NCBI GenBank assembly: GCA_040752595.1
Contig: JBFMGX010000004.1
Location: 365,346 to 429,345, forward strand
DNA: 64,000 bases
Reading direction: 5' to 3'
From: Candidatus Zixiibacteriota bacterium
GTDB taxonomy: Bacteria > Zixibacteria > MSB-5A5 > WJJR01
The translations under genes were made by a program, and so were the position numbers. This document shows positions 58,950 through 64,000 of this stretch, piece after piece. A model generated the notes under the pieces. The model did no database searches and was not told where the DNA came from. It saw only the letters and a program-made list of their open reading frames with translations. The stretch's first letter is position 1; every line of letters begins with the position of its first letter.

Positions 58950-60875
58950 ATGTTGATCATGCCCGATCAGACACGATCCCGTGCTCACCCGCTGTTCGAC
59001 CGTCTCACGGCCGGACCGATCCTCGCCGATGGCGGGATGGGGACGATGCTCTATCGACGCGGCGTATCGTTCGAGCGCTGTTTCGATGAACTGAATCTCT
59101 CCGCGCGGGCGCTGGTCCTCGGCATTCATCAGGACTATCTGCGGGCCGGAGCACGCCTGATCGAAACCAATACCTTCGGCGGCAACGGCGTGCGTCTGGC
59201 CGCGCATGGCCTCGAACACAAGGTCCGGGACATCAACTATCACGGTGCCCGTCTGGCACGCGAGGCGCGGGAGATCGAAGGTGTCGATGCCTTCGTAGCC
59301 GGCGCGATCGGCCCTTTGGGGAAGAATCTCGCGCCGTGGGGACCGGTTCCGGCTCTCATGGCGCGTTCGCATTTTGCCGAGCAGGCCGCGGCGCTGCTCG
59401 AAGGCGGCGTCGATCTGTTCATCATCGAGACGATGTCGGACACCGCCGAGATGGCCGAAGCGGTGGCCGCGGTACGGTCCCTCTCCGATCTCCCGATCAT
59501 CGCGGAAATGACCTTCACCGAGGAGGGGTTGACGACCACCGGTCGAACTCCCGGGGAGATCGCCGGATTCCTGAACGCGCTTCCCATCGACGTGATCGGC
59601 GCCAACTGCTCGGTCGGGCCGCAGGGGATGTTGGAAGTCATCCACCACCTGGCGTCGATGGCGACAAAGCCGCTGGTCGCGATGCCGAATGCGGGGATGC
59701 CGCGGTTGGTCGATGGGCGGTTCGTTTACGCGGCCACGCCGGAGTATTTCGCCAGTCTGGTCGGTTCGTTTCTGGCCCATGGCGTGCGCATTCTCGGTGG
59801 GTGCTGTGGCACGTCTCCCGATCATATCGCGGCGATGGGGGAGGTGTTGGGCCGCGCCCGGACGGCTTCATCCGAACCGGTTGTCACCTTCGTCTCCACG
59901 CCAGAACCGGAAACGCTGGCCAGCGAGCCCGCCGCTGCAGCACGGTCCAGTTTCGCGCAGAAACTGGGGAAGCGATTTCAAGTGTCGGTTGAACTCGATC
60001 CGCCGAAGGGTACGAATCCGATCAAGTTACTGGAGGGCGCGCGCCTCTGCCTGGGTGCCGGAGTCGATGCTGTGAACATTGGCGATTCGCCGATGGCCCG
60101 TGTGCGCATGAGCGCTTTGGCTGTCGCGGCGCTGATCGAGCGCGAAGTCGGACTGGAGACGATCCTGCATTTCACCTGTCGCGACCGGAATCTGATGGGG
60201 ATACAATCCGACCTGATCGGCGCTCATGCTCTCGGCATACGCAATGTGCTGGCGATCACCGGCGACCCGCCCTCGCTGGGTGACTATCCGCATGTGACCG
60301 GTGTCTATGATGTCGATTCGATCGGACTAACCCGGATTCTCACCGCGCTCAACATGGGAAAGGACCTCGCCGGCGTTTCCATCGGACGTCCGACGACATT
60401 TGCCGTCGGCGTCGCGCTCAACCCGGCGGCCGACGACTGGCCGACCGAGCTTGATCGTTTCCGGCGTAAGGTGGAGGCCGGGGCACATTTCGCCTTCACG
60501 CAGCCGCTCTATTCCCTCGCGCCGCTGGAAAGGGCGATCAAGGCAATCGATGAATTCCGCATTCCGGTCTTCCTGGGTTTGTTGCCGTTGATGTCGTTCC
60601 GGCACGCTTGGTTCCTGCACAATGAAGTGCCGGGGATCACGGTCCCCGAGGACCTCTTGGGACGCATCAAGGACGCCGGAGAGGGCGGAGCAGAAATCGG
60701 AGTACAAGTCTGCCGTGACGTTCTGAGGCAGGCCCGGGAAATGATCGCCGGCGCCTATCTGATGCCCTCATTCGGCCGCTATGAGACCTGTCTGCGCGTC
60801 GTTGAAGGAATGATCGAGAAGAAGCCGGATACGATCCTGCCGGACAGCATCTTGGCACAGCGCCTCCAACCGTAG
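58950..60875 (+). CDS. yitJ: Bifunctional homocysteine S-methyltransferase / 5,10-methylenetetrahydrofolate reductase (YitJ-like)
   Basis: N-terminal Hcy-binding domain (ADGGMGTML, Zn Cys in ANCSVGP and GGCCGT). C-terminal MetF barrel (SVELDPPKG, HFTCRDRN, ITGDPP). Confidence 0.85.
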   Translation: MLIMPDQTRSRAHPLFDRLTAGPILADGGMGTMLYRRGVSFERCFDELNLSARALVLGIHQDYLRAGARLIETNTFGGNGVRLAAHGLEHKVRDINYHGARLAREAREIEGVDAFVAGAIGPLGKNLAPWGPVPALMARSHFAEQAAALLEGGVDLFIIETMSDTAEMAEAVAAVRSLSDLPIIAEMTFTEEGLTTTGRTPGEIAGFLNALPIDVIGANCSVGPQGMLEVIHHLASMATKPLVAMPNAGMPRLVDGRFVYAATPEYFASLVGSFLAHGVRILGGCCGTSPDHIAAMGEVLGRARTASSEPVVTFVSTPEPETLASEPAAAARSSFAQKLGKRFQVSVELDPPKGTNPIKLLEGARLCLGAGVDAVNIGDSPMARVRMSALAVAALIEREVGLETILHFTCRDRNLMGIQSDLIGAHALGIRNVLAITGDPPSLGDYPHVTGVYDVDSIGLTRILTALNMGKDLAGVSIGRPTTFAVGVALNPAADDWPTELDRFRRKVEAGAHFAFTQPLYSLAPLERAIKAIDEFRIPVFLGLLPLMSFRHAWFLHNEVPGITVPEDLLGRIKDAGEGGAEIGVQVCRDVLRQAREMIAGAYLMPSFGRYETCLRVVEGMIEKKPDTILPDSILAQRLQP

Positions 60876-60905
60876 GTCAGGAGCCCTGTGCTCCTGACAC
60901 CGCGA

Positions 60906-61424
60906 TCAAATCGCCTCCCGGGCACCTTCCAACTCCAACAAGGCAATCTTGTGATGCACCTGACCGGAGAATCCCCCGATCGAACCGTCGGATCTGACCA
61001 CGCGGTGGCAGGGGACGACGATGGGAAACGGGTTTCGTGACATCGCCTGACCGGCCGCACGCGCACCACCGGGCGACCCGGCGCGTTCGGCCAGTTCCCC
61101 ATATGACACGGTCTTCCCGTAAGGGATGCGGGCACATGCTTGCAGCGCCTTGCGCGAGAAACCATCGACACGCGACCAATCAATCGGCAGATCGAACCTC
61201 TGACGCCTCCCAGCAAAGTACTCCTTGAAGGCCCGTCCGATCTTCGCGGTCTGTCGGTCATCGGCAATCGCATCCACGCCGTCGGCCGTAAGGTCCTTGA
61301 GGAATCGCTCCCGTGTCCGCCCAAAATCGACCCGCCACAGTCCCCGTTTGCTCACCGCATACCACACATCGCCGAATGCCGCGGCCCGAAAGTGGCCATA
61401 GTACACCGGAGTCATGGTCTTCAT
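60906..61424 (-). CDS. ogt: Methylated-DNA-protein-cysteine methyltransferase
   Basis: Active site IVVPCHRVVRSDGSIGGF. HTH GKTVSYGELAERAG. Confidence 0.85.
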   Translation of the reverse strand: MKTMTPVYYGHFRAAAFGDVWYAVSKRGLWRVDFGRTRERFLKDLTADGVDAIADDRQTAKIGRAFKEYFAGRRQRFDLPIDWSRVDGFSRKALQACARIPYGKTVSYGELAERAGSPGGARAAGQAMSRNPFPIVVPCHRVVRSDGSIGGFSGQVHHKIALLELEGAREAI

Positions 61425-61528
61425 CGGTCGCCTCCCCTTGCCCCGAGGGACCTATGCACGACGGAATATGCAGATGCCATCACTTTTTGCGGCATCCCAT
61501 GGGGCAAGGCGTACCGTGCCCGTTCTCC

Positions 61529-61582
61529 GTAGGGGCGCCATTCATGGCGCCCTCCCTTCGGGCGTGATGAATCACGCCCCTA
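61529..61582. repeat. Two REP units in the ogt / AI-2E divergent promoter region
   Basis: GTAGGGGCGCCATTCATGGCGCCC and GGGCGTGATGAATCACGCCCCTAC. Confidence 0.5.
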
Positions 61583-61655
61583 CGCATCAATGCTATTGGT
61601 CTGGATGCCGTGTTGCGATACCTTGGCCCCAGCGTTCCGACAGGGAAGAGGTCCT

Positions 61656-62747
61656 GTGGCAAAGGGTGAGCTGATCAAACGCGAGACGGTGTTCGGAGTG
61701 GCGCTTTTGGCCTTTGTGGTCGGAATCGTCTACTTGTTCTACCGGATCATTGCGCCGTTTCTGGTGCCGATTGCCTGGGGTTCGGTCCTGGTCATCAGCG
61801 TCTATCCGTTGCATGCCTGGCTGGCGGGCAAGATTCGGCGTCGCGGTCTGGCGGCGGCGATCAGCACCACGGCCTCGGCGCTCCTGATCCTGTTGCCGTC
61901 GGCGTATCTGGTGGCCACATTGGTTGATGAGGCCGTCGGTCTGTATCAGCATCTGCAGCAGGGGTGGGGTGCAGCCGCTGTGGCGGAGCTCTCGGCACGC
62001 ATCGATCCTTTGATTCGCGGCTGGTCAGCGCGTTTGGAAGGGGTCGTTGATCTGTCCCGTTGGAATCTCCAGGACACCATCCTGGGAATCTTGGGGGCCG
62101 TGAGCACATTCGCCGTCAATCACACGACCGCGGCGATCGCCAATGTGGGACGGGCGATCTTCCAGTTTCTGCTGATGCTTTTGACCATGTACTACTTGTT
62201 CAAGGATGGACCGGCGCTGGTGGAGCGAGTCCGGACTTCGATCCCGCTCGGGGAGATACGCGCCGCCGGGATTCTCGAACACGTCACGGAGGTCGTGCGT
62301 GCCACGATCTACGGCGGGCTTCTGGTCTCGGGAATCCAAGGCGCACTGGGCGGGTGCCTCTTTTGGATTCTGGGACTGCCGTCGCCGATCTTCTGGGGCG
62401 CGGTCATGGGGTTCTTCACATTGATACCGCTCCTCGGCGCATTCGTCATCTACGCGCCGGCGGCGGTCATTCTGTTCCTCGCCGGGGCGCACATCAAGGC
62501 GATCATCCTTCTGGTGGTGGGCACGTTAGTCGTGTCCCAGATCGACAACTTCCTGAAGCCGATGATCATCTCGGGGCGGACCGCGATGCATCCGCTGCTT
62601 CTATTCTTCGCCATTGCCGGCGGCGTGGCGGCCTTCGGTCTTCTCGGCGTCGTCCTCGGCCCGGTGATTGCGGCGGTGTTCGTGGCGCTACTGAATCTGT
62701 ATCGCATAACCCTGAGAGAGCCCGTCGCAACCTCCGACCCGTCTTGA
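61656..62747 (+). CDS. AI-2E family transporter (UPF0118/PerM-like)
   Basis: 8 TM helices. Conserved ...GLLVSGIQGALGG... and C-terminal LLGVVLGP. GTG start with RBS GGAAGAGG. Confidence 0.75.
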   Translation: MAKGELIKRETVFGVALLAFVVGIVYLFYRIIAPFLVPIAWGSVLVISVYPLHAWLAGKIRRRGLAAAISTTASALLILLPSAYLVATLVDEAVGLYQHLQQGWGAAAVAELSARIDPLIRGWSARLEGVVDLSRWNLQDTILGILGAVSTFAVNHTTAAIANVGRAIFQFLLMLLTMYYLFKDGPALVERVRTSIPLGEIRAAGILEHVTEVVRATIYGGLLVSGIQGALGGCLFWILGLPSPIFWGAVMGFFTLIPLLGAFVIYAPAAVILFLAGAHIKAIILLVVGTLVVSQIDNFLKPMIISGRTAMHPLLLFFAIAGGVAAFGLLGVVLGPVIAAVFVALLNLYRITLREPVATSDPS

Positions 62748-62934
62748 AGATGACACTCCTTCAGTTCGACTCCAACTGACCGATAACAGTACAGTGGCAG
62801 TATGGCGGGCCGGGGTGATACCCCGAAATCCGCCATCCCCGGTTGGCATTCGTGTCTGGCGGAACGCGTGTGCCGCACGACGGCCGGGGAAGCTGCGCAT
62901 CCGGTTGGAAGCGACGCTTCGTGGGGAGGTCGAG

Positions 62935-63321
62935 ATGGAGTTGCGCGTCGAATCACACCAGCACGTGGATGTTCTGCGCGTCGTCGGACGCCTTGATCTG
63001 GTCAGCTCCAGCACACTGAAGGACGCGATTCGTCAACGGCTGTCCGATCATCGTTCCGCGCTGGTGTTGAACCTTGAGAAGGTGGATTTCATCAACAGCT
63101 CGGGTCTGGGAGCACTCCTTTCGGCATTGAAGGATGTCCGCCTCTCCGGCGGGCGTCTGGTGTTGTGTCACTTGACACCGTACGCGGATGAGATCTTCGC
63201 CCTCACGGGACTGAAGCAGATACTCGACACGTACGAGACACAGGACGAAGCGGTCGCATCGTTCGCCTCGACGGCGACTCCGACCGGCGGTTTGCCTCGG
63301 GCCCGGACGGCCCGCGGGTAG
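62935..63321 (+). CDS. STAS-domain anti-sigma-factor antagonist (SpoIIAA-like)
   Basis: ...LDLVSSSTLKDAI...VDFINSSGLGALL... includes the phosphorylatable Ser in the DFINSSG motif. RBS GGAGGT precedes the ATG. Confidence 0.75.
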   Translation: MELRVESHQHVDVLRVVGRLDLVSSSTLKDAIRQRLSDHRSALVLNLEKVDFINSSGLGALLSALKDVRLSGGRLVLCHLTPYADEIFALTGLKQILDTYETQDEAVASFASTATPTGGLPRARTARG

Positions 63322-63330
63322 CGGTGAATC

Positions 63331-63759
63331 ATGATCGGGAACGTACCGTCTCATCGTCCGCGACTCCTGATCGTCGATGACGAACTTCTGATTCGCGATC
63401 TGCTCTATGATTTCTTCAAGGGCCAGGACTACGAAATCGCCGTCGCCGAGAGCGGCCAGCGGGCCCTGTCGCAGTGGGAGACGGGGCACTTCGACACCGT
63501 GATCCTCGATTTGAAGATGCCCGACATGGACGGCCTTGAACTGGCGGCACGTCTGCGGGAACGCGACCGCGAGGTACCGATCATTATCATGACGGGATAC
63601 CCCTCGTTTGATTCCGCCGTCGAAGCACTCCGGCAGAGGGCCGACGACTATTTCGTGAAGCCGTTCAATCTGAAGCAGATGAGCCGGGCCGTGGAGGCCG
63701 CCGTATCCCGCCACACCGCCCACCACCCTGAGCCATCCCCGGGAGATGCCACGACATGA
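63331..63759 (+). CDS. Single-domain response regulator (REC only)
   Basis: LLIVDDE, phospho-acceptor D in ILDLKMPDMDG, T/K pair (IIMTGY, KPF). Confidence 0.8.
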   Translation: MIGNVPSHRPRLLIVDDELLIRDLLYDFFKGQDYEIAVAESGQRALSQWETGHFDTVILDLKMPDMDGLELAARLRERDREVPIIIMTGYPSFDSAVEALRQRADDYFVKPFNLKQMSRAVEAAVSRHTAHHPEPSPGDATT

Positions 63760-64000
63760 CTCCGGCGACCGCCACACGCGTGCTCGTTGTCGACGACGAG
63801 CAGTTCGTTCGCGACTTATTGCAGGACTATTTCACGAAGATGGAGTTCTCCGTTGTCACGGTCGTCGATGGCCAGGCCGGGATCGACGCCTGTCGTCGCC
63901 AGCGCTTCGATGTCGCCCTGGTCGATCTCAAGATGCCCGGCAAGGGAGGGATTGAAGTGCTGACCGAAGTACGGCAGATCGATCCCTCGCTCCCCGTGGT
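63756..64000 (+). CDS. Response regulator, N-terminal REC domain; 3' end outside window
   Basis: Start overlaps the previous stop (ATGA). VLVVDDEQ, VDLKMPGKGG. Confidence 0.7.
   Translation, partial: MTPATATRVLVVDDEQFVRDLLQDYFTKMEFSVVTVVDGQAGIDACRRQRFDVALVDLKMPGKGGIEVLTEVRQIDPSLPV

Overview
This is a high-GC (~65%) chromosomal segment from a Gram-negative bacterium. LapA/LapB, type IV minor pilins, a Bacteroides-type SdhCAB and dockerin-bearing secreted proteins are present; the lineage cannot be assigned from sequence alone.

The window is mostly core metabolism and maintenance: mdh, icd, efp, HU, sppA, mltD, miaA, mutS, mutL, lapA, lapB, tRNA-Arg, pepA, purF, mtnA, sdhCAB, aroC, a methionine cluster, ogt, plus two-component and STAS signalling genes.

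The accessory-looking content is:
- An IS110-family insertion sequence lying inside a cluster of palindromic REP-like repeats.
- A pervasive REP family (GTAGGGGC-hairpin-GCCCCTAC), with in-frame copies inside mutL and in the N-terminus of a TonB-dependent receptor.
- Two further short repeat/MITE families.
- A cobalamin-riboswitch-led locus: BtuB-like TonB receptor, a YVTN beta-propeller with a dockerin domain, and a DUF4430 lipoprotein. This is a candidate atypical B12-capture system.
- A pilV-pilW-pilX minor-pilin operon containing a 549-aa PilX_N protein.
- Three unrelated exported proteins carrying C-terminal dockerin-like modules.
- A split MetE (N-domain-like gene plus Zn-site C-domain gene) next to a YitJ-like Hcy-methyltransferase/MetF fusion.
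- An orphan Arch_ATPase-type AAA+ protein.
- A 31-codon bS22-like highly basic ORF that an ORF caller would miss.

Many of the long ORFs in the track are antisense artefacts of the high GC content and were rejected.
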